Numbered from the stretch's first letter, positions 50,075 through 60,953 are shown. The stretch is DNA of 64,000 nt from Alphaproteobacteria bacterium (GCA_965216755.1 CBDCGL010000011.1:1952001-2016000); one strand, 5' to 3'. The notes: a model not told the origin generated them from the sequence alone. A program made the numbers and translations.

Positions 50075-51192
50075 CTGCGGCCCGCGAGCGGGCCGGCGCA
50101 GAAATCACCATCGACTTGTCCGCCATCAGGCGCAACTACCGCGCATTGGCTGGACGCGTCGGTGTGAACGTCCGTGTCGCGGCTGTGGTCAAGGCCGACG
50201 CTTATGGCCTGGGCGCGGTGCCCGTGGCAACCGCGCTATGGAAAGCCGGGTGCCGTGATTACTTCGTTGCCACATTGGACGAAGCAATCGATCTGCGTGC
50301 CACGCTGAGCCAGGCATCGATCTATGTTCTGGATGGCCCCCAGCCCCGTAGCGCTCCCGATTTCGTCGCCAATCGCCTGATCCCGGTCGTCAACAGCCTG
50401 GACCAGTGGGACTGGTTCATCCACGAGGCGCGTGGCAGCCCAGCGCGCGTTGCCGTGCACGTCGATACCGGCATGAACCGACTTGGACTACCGACAACGG
50501 AATGTGAACAAGTGGCCCGCGCGGCTTCCCGGCTTCAAGCCGTTGATGTGGTGTTGCTGCAGTCGCATCTGGCCTGTGCCGACGAACCGAATCATGTTGC
50601 CAATCGCCAACAACTAGAAACCTTTCATGCGGTGCGAAGCGCTTTCGCGGCGGCATTTGGCACAGCGCCTCCCGCGTCGCTGGCCAATGGCTCAGGCGTA
50701 TTTCTCGGACCCGAATATCATTTTGATCTGGTGCGCCCGGGTGCTGCGCTTTACGGCATCAACCCGCTTCCCGGCCATCCTAATCAACTTGACCAAGCTG
50801 TTGCTTTAAAAGCAAAAATTCTTCAAGTGCGGCACGTTGACAGGGGTATGTCGGTTGGCTATGGTGCCGCCCATCTTGTTGCGCGTGCGGGGCGTATTGG
50901 CACTATTCCGGTCGGTTACGCTGATGGAGTGTTGCGCGCGTCGGAATCTAAGGCCTATGCAATCATTGGTGAGCAACGTGTTCCTTTTGTGGGGCGCGTG
51001 TCGATGGATCTCATCACGCTTGATCTTACCGATGTTCCGGATCACTTTGCCGTTCCCGGTACTGACGTCGCATTGATTGGTCCCGAACGACCGATCGACA
51101 ATGTTGCCGCTGATGCAGGAACGATTGGATACGAAGTGTTGACCAGACTGTCGCGTCGCATCCCGCGCCGGTATGTCGACCAGGATCGTTAG
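50071..51192 (+). CDS. alr: Alanine racemase
   Basis: AVVKADAYGLG, DTGMNRLG, RPGAALYG, GRVSMD, TIGYE. Confidence 0.96.
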   Translation: MTAARERAGAEITIDLSAIRRNYRALAGRVGVNVRVAAVVKADAYGLGAVPVATALWKAGCRDYFVATLDEAIDLRATLSQASIYVLDGPQPRSAPDFVANRLIPVVNSLDQWDWFIHEARGSPARVAVHVDTGMNRLGLPTTECEQVARAASRLQAVDVVLLQSHLACADEPNHVANRQQLETFHAVRSAFAAAFGTAPPASLANGSGVFLGPEYHFDLVRPGAALYGINPLPGHPNQLDQAVALKAKILQVRHVDRGMSVGYGAAHLVARAGRIGTIPVGYADGVLRASESKAYAIIGEQRVPFVGRVSMDLITLDLTDVPDHFAVPGTDVALIGPERPIDNVAADAGTIGYEVLTRLSRRIPRRYVDQDR

Positions 51193-51195
51193 CAA

Positions 51196-51969
51196 ATGAA
51201 TTTTCTGGCGCCGCTCGGGCGCGTGTTCATCGCCTTTGTCGGTGCCACGGGCAGCATTGTCATTTTTGCGACCAACAGCCTGTCACATTGTGTGCGGCCG
51301 CCGATTTATCCACGTTTGATCTTCCGGCAAATGATGGACATCGGCTATTACTCTCTTCCTGTTGTCGGTCTGACCGCCGTGTTTACCGGCATGGTCTTGG
51401 CCCTGCAGAGCCATACGGGCTTTAGCCGATTCAGCGCCGAATCCGCGATCCCCAACGTCGTCGTGGTGTCGATCACCCGAGAGCTCGGACCGGTCTTGAC
51501 GGGGTTGATGGTAGCTGGGCGCATCGGCGCGTCGATGGCCGCCGAAATCGGCACGATGCGTGTGACAGAACAGATCGACGCGCTGACCACCCTGGCGACC
51601 AACCCATTTAAGTATCTGGTCGCGCCACGCATCATCGCTGGCGTCACCATGTTGCCGTTGTTGGTGATTGTCGCCGATATCATCGGCGTCCTCGGCGGCT
51701 ATCTCGTCGGTGTCCACAAGCTAGGCTTCAATGCGGCGATCTATATCGACAATTCGTGGGACAGCCTGGAAACCATGGATGTGGTCTCGGGCTTGGTCAA
51801 AGCGTCCGCTTTCGGCCTGATTATCACGTTGATGGGGTGCTACCACGGCTATCAAAGTCGCGGTGGCGCACAAGGTGTGGGCGCCGCCACCACCAATGCC
51901 GTGGTCTCGGCGTCGATTCTGATCCTGACGTTCAATTACATCATTACCGAACTGTTTTTCGCCCGATGA
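51196..51969 (+). CDS. mlaE: MlaE-family ABC permease
   Basis: RELGPVL, AAEIGTMRVTEQIDAL, GVGAATT. Confidence 0.93.
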   Translation: MNFLAPLGRVFIAFVGATGSIVIFATNSLSHCVRPPIYPRLIFRQMMDIGYYSLPVVGLTAVFTGMVLALQSHTGFSRFSAESAIPNVVVVSITRELGPVLTGLMVAGRIGASMAAEIGTMRVTEQIDALTTLATNPFKYLVAPRIIAGVTMLPLLVIVADIIGVLGGYLVGVHKLGFNAAIYIDNSWDSLETMDVVSGLVKASAFGLIITLMGCYHGYQSRGGAQGVGAATTNAVVSASILILTFNYIITELFFAR

Positions 51970-52742
51970 GCGCGCCACCGAAGTTCCGGGCAAAGGGTTT
52001 GTCAAAGCGATTTGGTGACAAGGTCGTTTTGGACCAGCTCAATGTGGAAGTCGCCCGCGGTGAGTCGTTGGTGGTCATTGGCGGTTCGGGCGTCGGCAAA
52101 TCGGTCATGATCAAATGCATACTCGGCTTGATTACACCGGATTCAGGGCAGGTCATCATTGACGACCAAGACGTCACGCGCCTATCGCCGCCCGATCGTG
52201 AACAAGTCAATCGCAAGTTTGGCATGTTGTTCCAGGGCGCCGCGCTGTTCGACAGTCTTCCGGTTTGGGAAAACGTCGCGTTCGGCCTCATCCAGGGCGA
52301 GGGCCATGATCGTCAGCATGCCAAATCGATCGCCACCCAAAAACTCGGCGCCGTTGGGCTGTCGCCGGACGTCGGCGCGCTGTATCCGGCCGAACTCTCA
52401 GGAGGGATGAAAAAACGCGTCGCCTTAGCACGCGCCATTGCCACCGAGCCAGAGATCATATTTTTCGACGAACCGACAACCGGCCTTGACCCAATCATGG
52501 GCGACGTCATCGACCGCCTCATTGTCAAATGTGTCCGTGAACTGGGTGCCACCGCCTTAACAATCACCCATGACATGGCCAGCGCGCGCAAGATTTCTGA
52601 CCGAATTGCCATGATCCACGATGGCCGCATCATATGGCATGGTGCGACATCGACCATCGACAATAGCGGTGATGAACGCGTCGACCAATTTATCAATGGT
52701 CGTGCTGAGGGCCCGATACAGATGCAAGTGAGAGCGTCGTGA
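51966..52742 (+). CDS. mlaF: MlaF-family ABC ATPase
   Basis: GGSGVGKS, FQGAALFDSL, PAELSGGMKKR, DEPTTGLDP; ATGA overlap with mlaE. Confidence 0.92.
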   Translation: MSAPPKFRAKGLSKRFGDKVVLDQLNVEVARGESLVVIGGSGVGKSVMIKCILGLITPDSGQVIIDDQDVTRLSPPDREQVNRKFGMLFQGAALFDSLPVWENVAFGLIQGEGHDRQHAKSIATQKLGAVGLSPDVGALYPAELSGGMKKRVALARAIATEPEIIFFDEPTTGLDPIMGDVIDRLIVKCVRELGATALTITHDMASARKISDRIAMIHDGRIIWHGATSTIDNSGDERVDQFINGRAEGPIQMQVRAS

Positions 52743-52790
52743 CGCATATGTCCAGCTTCTCCGCGTCCAAAGCGCAGCGCAACAGCGGCT

Positions 52791-54167
52791 TTGGCGCGTA
52801 AATCCAACAGTTTTGTTTGCCAGTCTTGCGGCGCGGTTCATGCGCGCTGGAGCGGTCGCTGCGACAATTGTAACGCTTGGAATACGATTGCCGAGGAAAG
52901 TCGCACAGGGCTTGTTGCGGGCGCAAATGGTAGCCGACTCGATCTGGTCGGTCTGCAAGGTCCCACCGCAGATGATGTCCGACTGGCGACCGGCATCGCG
53001 GAATTGGACCGCGTCTTCGGCAATGGGATGGTTGCCGGCGGCGCCACCCTGATCAGCGGCGATCCCGGGATTGGCAAATCCACCCTGTTGATCCAGGCCG
53101 CCGCCGCTTTGGCCGCTCAAGGCGCGACGTGCGCCTATGTTTCAGGCGAGGAGTCGACAGAACAAGTCCGCTTGCGCGCCAAACGGCTCGGTTTAGCCGA
53201 ATGCCCGGTTCGCCTCGCGGCATCGACCAGCGTCCGAGACATCATCACCACATTCGACAGCGCCAACGGTACCCAGGTGTTGATCGTCGATTCGATCCAG
53301 ACAATGTTTAGCGACAACCTCGATTCCGCGCCCGGCACCGTCGCGCAAGTCCGCACCGCGGCACAGGTTTTGATCAGCCTTGCGAAACAACGTGGCATTG
53401 CCGTTGTTCTGGTTGGCCATGTCACCAAGGAAGGGCAGATCGCCGGCCCGCGCATGCTCGAACATATGGTCGACACGGTTCTATATTTTGAAGGCGATGT
53501 GAGCCATCAGTTTCGCATTCTGCGTGCCGTCAAAAACCGATTTGGGGCAACCGACGAAATCGGCGTCTTCGCGATGACGACCAGCGGCTTGGAGGAAGTC
53601 GGCAACCCATCGGCGCTGTTCCTTGGCGAACGCAGTCAACCGATGAGCGGGGCGGCAGTCTTCGCGGGCATGGAAGGCACCAGGCCGGTATTGGTCGAAA
53701 TCGAGGCGTTGGTCGCGCCGTCACCCTTTGGGACCCCGCGGCGAACGGTGGTGGGCTGGGACAACGCCCGCTTGGCCATGATATTGGCGGTTCTGGACGC
53801 CCGCTGCGGCCTTGGTTTGGGGGGCAAGGATATCTTCCTCAATGTTGCGGGCGGTCTCAAATTGCGCGAGCCCGCCGCCGACTTGGCGGTCGCGGCCGCC
53901 CTCATCTCCTCGTTCGCCGACCGCCCGGTACCCGACCGATCCGTGGTCTTCGGCGAGGTCGGACTGTCAGGCGAGATACGCACGGTGCCACATACCGAGG
54001 CCCGTTTGCGCGAGGCTGAGAAATTGGGGTTCAGCCAAGCCTTGGTTGCGCCGATGCGGACCCGCACTCGCAGCCCGATCAGCGTTGTTGAAATGCCGCG
54101 ATTGCAATCATTGATCGAGTTCATGATTGACGATACCACCAGCGCGGCGCAAGACGCCGCCGAATAG
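52791..54167 (+). CDS. radA: DNA repair protein RadA/Sms
   Basis: CxxC…CxxC zinc finger, GDPGIGKST, KNRFG, Lon-like C-terminal domain. Confidence 0.97.
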   Translation: MARKSNSFVCQSCGAVHARWSGRCDNCNAWNTIAEESRTGLVAGANGSRLDLVGLQGPTADDVRLATGIAELDRVFGNGMVAGGATLISGDPGIGKSTLLIQAAAALAAQGATCAYVSGEESTEQVRLRAKRLGLAECPVRLAASTSVRDIITTFDSANGTQVLIVDSIQTMFSDNLDSAPGTVAQVRTAAQVLISLAKQRGIAVVLVGHVTKEGQIAGPRMLEHMVDTVLYFEGDVSHQFRILRAVKNRFGATDEIGVFAMTTSGLEEVGNPSALFLGERSQPMSGAAVFAGMEGTRPVLVEIEALVAPSPFGTPRRTVVGWDNARLAMILAVLDARCGLGLGGKDIFLNVAGGLKLREPAADLAVAAALISSFADRPVPDRSVVFGEVGLSGEIRTVPHTEARLREAEKLGFSQALVAPMRTRTRSPISVVEMPRLQSLIEFMIDDTTSAAQDAAE

Positions 54168-54195
54168 CTAGCCAACAGATCCGCGAGGACCATCA

Positions 54196-54906
54196 ATGGA
54201 CTCATTCCCCATCAACATATTGGATCTTGTTGTCGGCCTGATTGTCTTGCTGTCGGCCCTGTTTGCGGCTTACAGAGGATTTGTCCGCGAGGTGCTAGCG
54301 ATTGCCGGGTGGGTGGGCGCCGCTGCGGTGACGATTTGGCTGTTCCCTTATGGCCGCCCATATGCCAGCGAATTCATCCCGACAGAGCAGCTCGCGGATC
54401 TTGCCACCGGCGCGGTCATTTTTGTCGCGGCGCTAATCGTGTTTTGGATCCTCACCCGAATGATCGTCTCGTTGGTCAAAGACAGTGCGCTCAACGCACT
54501 TGATCGTTCGTTGGGCTTTTTGTTCGGCATCGCCCGCGGCATGGTTTTGTTGGCACTGATTTACATGATCGCGGCGCGCGCCTTGTGGCAGGACGGCGAG
54601 ATCCCGGTCTGGGCGGCCGAGGCTCGGACATTGCCGATCATCCAGCAGACTTCGGAGTTGATTGTCTCGGTCGTACCTGCCGATATGGTCGGATTTGCTG
54701 ATGATGCGGCCGAGAATATTGATAAAGGCGCGGATAGCCTTAAGACCATAGAAGAGCGGCTGGAGACAATGCGGCGCATGGCCGAACCCCCGGTCGCACC
54801 AACAGATGGCGAAAATACCCAAACAGGGTATAAAGAGGCTGACCAAAGGGCGATGGATCGGCTGCAAGAAACGATCCGTGACCTTACGTCGGAAAAGGAT
54901 CAATAG
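54196..54906 (+). CDS. cvpA: CvpA (colicin V production) family membrane protein
   Basis: RGFVREVL, LDRSLGFLFGIARG; directly upstream of purF. Confidence 0.9.
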   Translation: MDSFPINILDLVVGLIVLLSALFAAYRGFVREVLAIAGWVGAAAVTIWLFPYGRPYASEFIPTEQLADLATGAVIFVAALIVFWILTRMIVSLVKDSALNALDRSLGFLFGIARGMVLLALIYMIAARALWQDGEIPVWAAEARTLPIIQQTSELIVSVVPADMVGFADDAAENIDKGADSLKTIEERLETMRRMAEPPVAPTDGENTQTGYKEADQRAMDRLQETIRDLTSEKDQ

Positions 54907-54922
54907 CCGGGTAGCGTCAAAC

Positions 54923-56374
54923 GTGCGGGTAACGACCACCCCATTTAACGGCGATAAGCTGCACGAAGAATGCGGTATATTTGGCCTTTTCGGCCATGAT
55001 GATGCCGCTGCTCACACGGTTCTGGGTCTGCACGCCCTGCAGCATCGTGGCCAAGAAGCGGCCGGGATCGTGACCTATGATGGCTTGCATTTCCATACCC
55101 ATCGCAGCCTTGGGCTTGTGGGCGATAGCTTCAATACCGAGTCCGTAATCAGCCGTCTACGCGGCCATGCCGCGATTGGCCATGTGCGCTATTCGACCAC
55201 AGGCGAGACCTTATTGCGCAATGTACAACCTATTTTCGCGGATCTGGCCGGCGGTGGACTAGCGGTTGCGCACAATGGCAACTTGACCAACGCGCGCGTT
55301 TTACGCCGCGAGCTGGAGAGTCGCGGATCTATCTTTCAATCGACGATGGACACCGAAGTTCTGGTCCATTTGATCGCGACGGCCCGTCGTACCGGAATCG
55401 TCGAGCGGCTGGTTGACACCCTGTTTCACGTCCGCGGCGCCTATTCACTCATCATGTTGACCAATGACAAACTGATCGGGGCGCGCGACCCCTATGGGGT
55501 GCGACCGTTGGTGTTGGGCCGGATGGACAACGGCCACATCCTGACATCTGAGACCTGTGCGCTCGACATTATCGGCGCTGATTTTGTGCGCGATGTGGCC
55601 CCCGGCGAAATAGTCGTGATCGACCGTCATGGGATGCGAACTTTGCAACCGTTCGCACCGGCACCATCGCGATTCTGCATCTTTGAATACATCTACTTCT
55701 CCCGACCCGACAGCGTCGTCGAAGGCACAAGCATCTATGACGCCCGCAAACGCATTGGTGAAGAGTTGGCGCGCGAGAGCGGCGTCGTCGCCGACGTGGT
55801 CGTACCCGTGCCCGATTCCGGTGTTCCGGCCGCGATCGGTTATGCCGAGGAAGCCGGCCTGCCGTTCGACCTCGGCATAATTCGAAATCACTATGTGGGC
55901 CGGACTTTTATCGAGCCGACGGACAATATCCGTCATCTTGGCGTCAAGTTGAAACACAACGCCAATCGGACGATGCTGGCGGGCAAACGCGTGATATTGG
56001 TCGACGACTCGATCGTGCGCGGCACAACGTCGATCAAAATCGTTGAGATGGTGCGCGCCGCTGGCGCAACCGAAGTTCATATGCGAATTGCAAGCCCACC
56101 AACAACCCATTCTTGCTTCTACGGTGTTGACACGCCAAAGCGCGAACACCTTCTGGCATCACAGAAGGATGTTGCTGAGATGGCGCGCCATATCGGTGTC
56201 GACAGCCTGTGCTTCTTGTCGATCGATGGGCTGTACCGGGCCATGGGTCACGAACAGCGCAATGCGCAGGTCCCGCAATATTGCGATGCCTGTTTCACCG
56301 GCACATATCCCATCGATTTGGTCGACGAAAGTGACGGTGACCCGGCCCAACTTTCGCTACTGGCCAGCATCTGA
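54923..56374 (+). CDS. purF: Amidophosphoribosyltransferase
   Basis: EECGIFG, QHRGQE, GHVRYST, PVPDSG, VDDSIVRGTT. Start approximate (GTG 54923). Confidence 0.96.
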   Translation: MRVTTTPFNGDKLHEECGIFGLFGHDDAAAHTVLGLHALQHRGQEAAGIVTYDGLHFHTHRSLGLVGDSFNTESVISRLRGHAAIGHVRYSTTGETLLRNVQPIFADLAGGGLAVAHNGNLTNARVLRRELESRGSIFQSTMDTEVLVHLIATARRTGIVERLVDTLFHVRGAYSLIMLTNDKLIGARDPYGVRPLVLGRMDNGHILTSETCALDIIGADFVRDVAPGEIVVIDRHGMRTLQPFAPAPSRFCIFEYIYFSRPDSVVEGTSIYDARKRIGEELARESGVVADVVVPVPDSGVPAAIGYAEEAGLPFDLGIIRNHYVGRTFIEPTDNIRHLGVKLKHNANRTMLAGKRVILVDDSIVRGTTSIKIVEMVRAAGATEVHMRIASPPTTHSCFYGVDTPKREHLLASQKDVAEMARHIGVDSLCFLSIDGLYRAMGHEQRNAQVPQYCDACFTGTYPIDLVDESDGDPAQLSLLASI

Positions 56375-56379
56375 CATAG

Positions 56380-57099
56380 ATGGTCGAAATGGGAAGATTG
56401 TCGGGTCGGGTGGCCCTGGTGACAGGGGCCTCGCGCGGGATCGGCGCGGCTGTGGCCAGACGTTTTGCAGCCGAAGCTGCCCATGTTATCGCCGTCGCCC
56501 GCCACGCGGATCAACTGGAATCGCTCGACGATCAGATCCGCGGCCATGGTGGTACCGCAACTCTGGTACCGCTTGATCTCACCGATGGCCCGGCGATCGA
56601 CCGCTTGGGCGGCACGCTATACGAGCGCTTCGGCCGCCTTGACATATTGGTCGGCAATGCCGCCGTTCTGGGCCAGTTGACTCCCCTGAGTCACGCGAAA
56701 CCTCAAGACTGGACGCGCGTCATCGATGTCAATTTGACCGCCAATTGGCGGCTCATCCGCAGTTTTGACAGCTTGCTGCGCGCCGCGCCCGCGGGCCGCG
56801 CCATATTTGTCACGTCTGGCGTGACACGCGGTCGGTTCCCCTATTGGGGTCCATATGCAGTATCCAAATCCGGTCTCGAGAAGTTGGTACTAACCTACGC
56901 CGCTGAAGTCGCCAAGTCCGCGGTGCGCGTCAACTTGATTGATCCCGGCGCCGTGCGCACACAAATGCGCGCCAAAGCCATGCCCGGCGAAGATCCCATG
57001 TCGTTGCCGGCGCCGGACGAAATCACCGAAACATTTGTCCTATTGGCCGAATCTGGCTGCCAACACCATGGTGAGGTGATCAAAGCGGCGCGGCTGTAA
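56380..57099 (+). CDS. SDR oxidoreductase (YciK-like)
   Basis: TGASRGIG, YWGPYAVSK, MRAKAMPGED. Confidence 0.88.
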   Translation: MVEMGRLSGRVALVTGASRGIGAAVARRFAAEAAHVIAVARHADQLESLDDQIRGHGGTATLVPLDLTDGPAIDRLGGTLYERFGRLDILVGNAAVLGQLTPLSHAKPQDWTRVIDVNLTANWRLIRSFDSLLRAAPAGRAIFVTSGVTRGRFPYWGPYAVSKSGLEKLVLTYAAEVAKSAVRVNLIDPGAVRTQMRAKAMPGEDPMSLPAPDEITETFVLLAESGCQHHGEVIKAARL

Positions 57100-57111
57100 T
57101 GCTTGGTCCGC

Positions 57112-58473
57112 TTATTTTTTGGGGGCGTACGGGTTGTCGCCCGATCGAAACAGTAGCCGAATTGGCGTACCCGGCATGCCAAAGTCCTCGCGCAAACCGT
57201 TCACCAAATATCTTCTATAAGAATCAGGTATATCTTTCGCTTTATTGACAAAGATCTTGAATGTCGGGGGGCGTGCGCCTGTTTGCGTTATGTAGCGCAT
57301 CTTGATGCGCCGGCCTTTGATTATCGGTGGTGGATGGTACGCCAGAATATCAGCCAACCATTGGTTCAAGCGCGCCGTGGGCACGCGCATATTCCAAATC
57401 CCATGGGCCTCAAAGGCCGCCTCGATCAGGTCCGTCACGCCATCACCCGTTCGCGCCGACAACGCGACAACGGATACCCCCCGTGCTTGCGGCAGAGAAC
57501 GACGCAGAACCTCCGCCGCTTCCTTTCGGGCGAAGACAGGATCTTGCACCTTGTCCCATTTGTTCAAACCAATCACGAGCGCGCGCCCCTCCTCGATCAC
57601 CCGTGCCGCGATCGTAAGATCCTGGCGTTCGATGGCCGCAGTCGCGTCGACAATGAGAAGAGCGACATGGGTTGCGCGGACTGCGCGCAACGCATCTTGG
57701 GTCGACAAGCGTTCAACGCGCTCTGTTACACGCGATTTGCGCCGCAGCCCGGCCGTGTCGATCAACTCCATTGGGCGGTCGTTGAAATGCCATGCTATGG
57801 CGATGGCATCACGGGTCACGCCAGGTTCAGGACCGGTCAAGACGCGCTGGTCGCCCAGGAGCCTGTTGATAAGGGTCGACTTCCCAGTGTTTGGCCGGCC
57901 AACGACCGTTAGCCGGAGCGGTCCCGCGCCGTCGTCGCGATGGTCGGCATCAGCGACGGCCGGTTCCGTGGATTCGCTGAGAATTTCTGCGATCGCGTCG
58001 TAAAGATCACTCATCCCGTCGCCATGCTCAGCCGAGATGAGAACTGGCTCGCCAAGACCCAGGTCGTACGCTTCGACGGCGCCACTTTCTATGGCACGTC
58101 CTTCGACCTTGTTAACGACCAAAATCACGGGAAGCGACCCACGACGCACTTGTGCCGCTAACGCGCTATCCAGCGGAGTCACACCGGCGCGCCCGTCGAT
58201 CAAGAACAAGACCAGATCGGCACGCGTGATCGCGATCTGGGACTGTTCGACCATGCGCGCCTGCAGTGAATCTCCGCGGCTATCGTCCAGGCCAGCCGTG
58301 TCAATGGCCGTGAAGGTTAGCGGACCAAGCCGTGCCTCGCCCTGCTGCCAGTCGCGCGTGACCCCCGGCCGATCGTCAACCAGGGCGGCGCGGCCGCCGA
58401 CCAAGCGGTTGTAGAGCGTCGATTTGCCGACGTTGGGCCGGCCGACTATGGCAACTGTCTGAGTTGGCGGCAA
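57112..58473 (-). CDS. der: Ribosome biogenesis GTPase Der (EngA)
   Basis: Two G-domains (GRPNVGKS, GRPNTGKS, DTAG twice) and KH-like C-terminus. Confidence 0.96.
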   Translation of the reverse strand: MPPTQTVAIVGRPNVGKSTLYNRLVGGRAALVDDRPGVTRDWQQGEARLGPLTFTAIDTAGLDDSRGDSLQARMVEQSQIAITRADLVLFLIDGRAGVTPLDSALAAQVRRGSLPVILVVNKVEGRAIESGAVEAYDLGLGEPVLISAEHGDGMSDLYDAIAEILSESTEPAVADADHRDDGAGPLRLTVVGRPNTGKSTLINRLLGDQRVLTGPEPGVTRDAIAIAWHFNDRPMELIDTAGLRRKSRVTERVERLSTQDALRAVRATHVALLIVDATAAIERQDLTIAARVIEEGRALVIGLNKWDKVQDPVFARKEAAEVLRRSLPQARGVSVVALSARTGDGVTDLIEAAFEAHGIWNMRVPTARLNQWLADILAYHPPPIIKGRRIKMRYITQTGARPPTFKIFVNKAKDIPDSYRRYLVNGLREDFGMPGTPIRLLFRSGDNPYAPKK

Positions 58474-58493
58474 CTTCGTGCCCTATCGCGGAT

Positions 58494-59834
58494 CTATCGC
58501 AGCGCCACCAGATCCGCATCGACCGTATACACATAGACCGTGCCGCCGGCGACGACCGGCGGCACGCGCGCCCCATCCGGCAATTCCTCCTCTGCCAGCG
58601 TCTCGCCCGAATACGGCGATATGGCCCAGATGTCGCCCAAATTGCTGACCACAATCAGGCGATCGCCAACCAGGACGGGACCACTCCAGATGATCACGCC
58701 ACGTCGGTCATCGGGATCTTCGAACTGCGGCAATGCGCGCACCCATTTTATCCGACCGTCGGCGCGCCGCAGACAAGCAAGATCGTTGTCTGCAGTCACC
58801 ACGAACAAATAACTGCCGGCCAACCAAGGTGTCTGGACGCCGCCGATCTCCTGATCCCAGAGGCGCGCACCGGAGCGCAAATCATACGCAACCAACCGGC
58901 CACTCTGGCTGGTGACATAGGCTTTGTCTGCGTCGATGACGGGGCTACCGTCAACATCGCTCAGTTTTGTGCTCGCGCCCACACGCCCTTGAAAGATTAA
59001 GGAATCACTCCAGGCAACCCGGCCATTCTCGACCCGCAGCGCAAAGACTTCGCCTGAGGAATATGGGGCAATCACCAAATCGCCCGAAACCGCCGGTGCC
59101 CCGGCACCCAGCAAGCCGGCAGTTTCCGTGATGCCGCTATGTGTCCACAAGGTTTCGCCGGTTGACGCGTTGAGGGCGTGAAGCTGGTTGTCGTAGCTCA
59201 CGGCGAATACGCGACCGCCGGCCACTGTCGGGGCGCCACGGATAGGGACGCCGATGTTTGCAGTCCAGATCCGATCACCGCTCGCCGCATTGAGAGCCAC
59301 GATGTCGCCGAATGCGCTGGTGGCAAAAACAAAGCCCTGATCATAAGCGACACCGCCACCCAAACTGGCGCTGTCGTCTTCACTATCCGGCAACAGCTCC
59401 ACCGACCACATCATCGATCGATCGACCAGATCCAAAGCCAGAATTGTGCTTTCCGAATCCAGCGTATAGGCAACGCCGCCGGCAACCACGGGCGTGTTGA
59501 GGATGAGGTTGTCCGCGTTCTCGCCGACGCCAAAACCGTAACGCCAATCGACGCTCAATGTCACGCCGCCGTCCAGATGTTGCATCACATGGTTGGCCTG
59601 TCCGCCAACTTGAGGCCATGCTTCATTGACGACAGGCGCCGGCAGGCTGACCGATTCACTATCTAACGTCGGATCCGGAACCAATTCGCGCTCGAGCACT
59701 AAGACAGAGACCCGCTCGCCCGGCAAAGGCGGCTCCGTATCTCCGCGGCCAATCCAGTCGGACCCGCACGCCCCCAGCATCAATGTACTCAAGCCAAATA
59801 TGCAAACGTGTCCTAATACAAATCGCTCAAGCAT
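58494..59834 (-). CDS. BamB-like PQQ-type beta-propeller lipoprotein
   Basis: Lipobox LGAC, LPGER, repeated W-containing propeller blades; yfgM-bamB-der gene order. Confidence 0.85.
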   Translation of the reverse strand: MLERFVLGHVCIFGLSTLMLGACGSDWIGRGDTEPPLPGERVSVLVLERELVPDPTLDSESVSLPAPVVNEAWPQVGGQANHVMQHLDGGVTLSVDWRYGFGVGENADNLILNTPVVAGGVAYTLDSESTILALDLVDRSMMWSVELLPDSEDDSASLGGGVAYDQGFVFATSAFGDIVALNAASGDRIWTANIGVPIRGAPTVAGGRVFAVSYDNQLHALNASTGETLWTHSGITETAGLLGAGAPAVSGDLVIAPYSSGEVFALRVENGRVAWSDSLIFQGRVGASTKLSDVDGSPVIDADKAYVTSQSGRLVAYDLRSGARLWDQEIGGVQTPWLAGSYLFVVTADNDLACLRRADGRIKWVRALPQFEDPDDRRGVIIWSGPVLVGDRLIVVSNLGDIWAISPYSGETLAEEELPDGARVPPVVAGGTVYVYTVDADLVALR

Positions 59835-60480
59835 CGCTATTGCCGATCACTGCAAGTACCTCGTCTACCCGACCACGAACCCCCGCCGGGGCGCTCACAT
59901 CCTCGGCGAGCGGCCTCAAAATGTCGAGCGCATCGCTGGTCTTGCCGCTGTTGAGCAACCATAGACCGCGCATCTCCTGGGCCAAATGGCGCAAAGCCCC
60001 GCTACCTTCCGCGAGGCGGATCAGTTCGGCGTCGGGCGGCCCACTGGCGCCAGTGTCCAGTTCGTGCATCGCTGCCAGCAACACCGCGATCTCGCGAAAG
60101 GTCTGTGGCGCATCTGGCGCCTGAGACAATTCCCTGTATGCCGCAATTGCGCCTGCCCGGTCACCTGTCGCACTCAATAGCCGGGCTTCCTGCAGCTTTG
60201 CCAATGCGCTGTAACCAACCCCGGACTCGGTCGCCGCCGCCGCGAAAGCCGCGACCGCCGCATCCGGGCGGTCTTGGTTGACGAGCTCTTGAGCGGCGAA
60301 GTAGCGCCGCGCATCGGCCAATTGTTGTTGAGCCTTGTAGTGTCCCCAGGCGACCCAACCACCTGTGCCAACAACCACGAGAACCAAACCGGCAATCAAA
60401 TATCGACCATACGCGCGCCACAACGCCATATAGCGGTCTTGGCGTACGTCATCGTCGACCTCTTGGAAGATATCAGCCAA
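59827..60480 (-). CDS. YfgM-like membrane-anchored TPR protein
   Basis: DIFQEVDDDVRQDR…LW..YG, single TM, TPR helices. Confidence 0.85.
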   Translation of the reverse strand: MADIFQEVDDDVRQDRYMALWRAYGRYLIAGLVLVVVGTGGWVAWGHYKAQQQLADARRYFAAQELVNQDRPDAAVAAFAAAATESGVGYSALAKLQEARLLSATGDRAGAIAAYRELSQAPDAPQTFREIAVLLAAMHELDTGASGPPDAELIRLAEGSGALRHLAQEMRGLWLLNSGKTSDALDILRPLAEDVSAPAGVRGRVDEVLAVIGNSDA

Positions 60481-60620
60481 ACGCGGTCCCCAATCTTTTC
60501 TTAGCGACTAGCCTGAATCAGGCACGCTCATATTACAGCTATTTGACCGTCTCGCGCATGTAGCGGAAAATCAGCCACCGGCGCAAGCGTCAGACATGAA
60601 TGATAACAGGGTTACGGAAC

Positions 60621-60953
60621 ATGGGTGGGGTCGTACAGTTTGATGAGCTTCGGCATCGGCGCCGGATCGTCTATTTCAGCCGATCAGACATGAACCAGCT
60701 CCTAGGCCTGTTTAGCCGCCGCGTCCAAAGCCAGCAGTGGCTCGATTACAGCATCGACAATCGACCCGGTTCGGCCGTGTTTTGTGTTTATCGACGGGCC
60801 TGGGACGCCCCGCTCTACCGGATTTATAAGTTCGCTCCAGGCACCTACCCGGGCGGTGACTATATGGTCATGCGCGGCATTCGGCAGCTCGCCCACGACC
60901 ATAGATTGCATGGCGTTCTCGGCATCTTTCGACCAGCCCTGAAAATTGTGTGA
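60621..60953 (+). CDS. DUF2794 family protein
   Basis: VYFSRSDMNQLLGLFSRRV…WLDYSID…AVFCVYRR…PLYRIYK…VLGIF. Confidence 0.8.
   Translation: MGGVVQFDELRHRRRIVYFSRSDMNQLLGLFSRRVQSQQWLDYSIDNRPGSAVFCVYRRAWDAPLYRIYKFAPGTYPGGDYMVMRGIRQLAHDHRLHGVLGIFRPALKIV

Noticed and set aside
51196-52742. mlaE-mlaF without mlaD as an anomaly
   Set aside because: The alr-mlaE-mlaF-radA arrangement with mlaD elsewhere is common in Alphaproteobacteria.
16157-54922. Long apparent gene overlaps and N-terminal extensions in the ORF track (ppx, purM, lptG, fabD, mlaF, purF and others)
   Set aside because: Artifacts of choosing the most upstream start; downstream starts match family N-termini and give normal short overlaps or gaps.
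58494-59834. Second PQQ enzyme linked to the dehydrogenase island
   Set aside because: Lipobox, lack of catalytic motifs and the yfgM-bamB-der context indicate a non-enzymatic BamB-like propeller.
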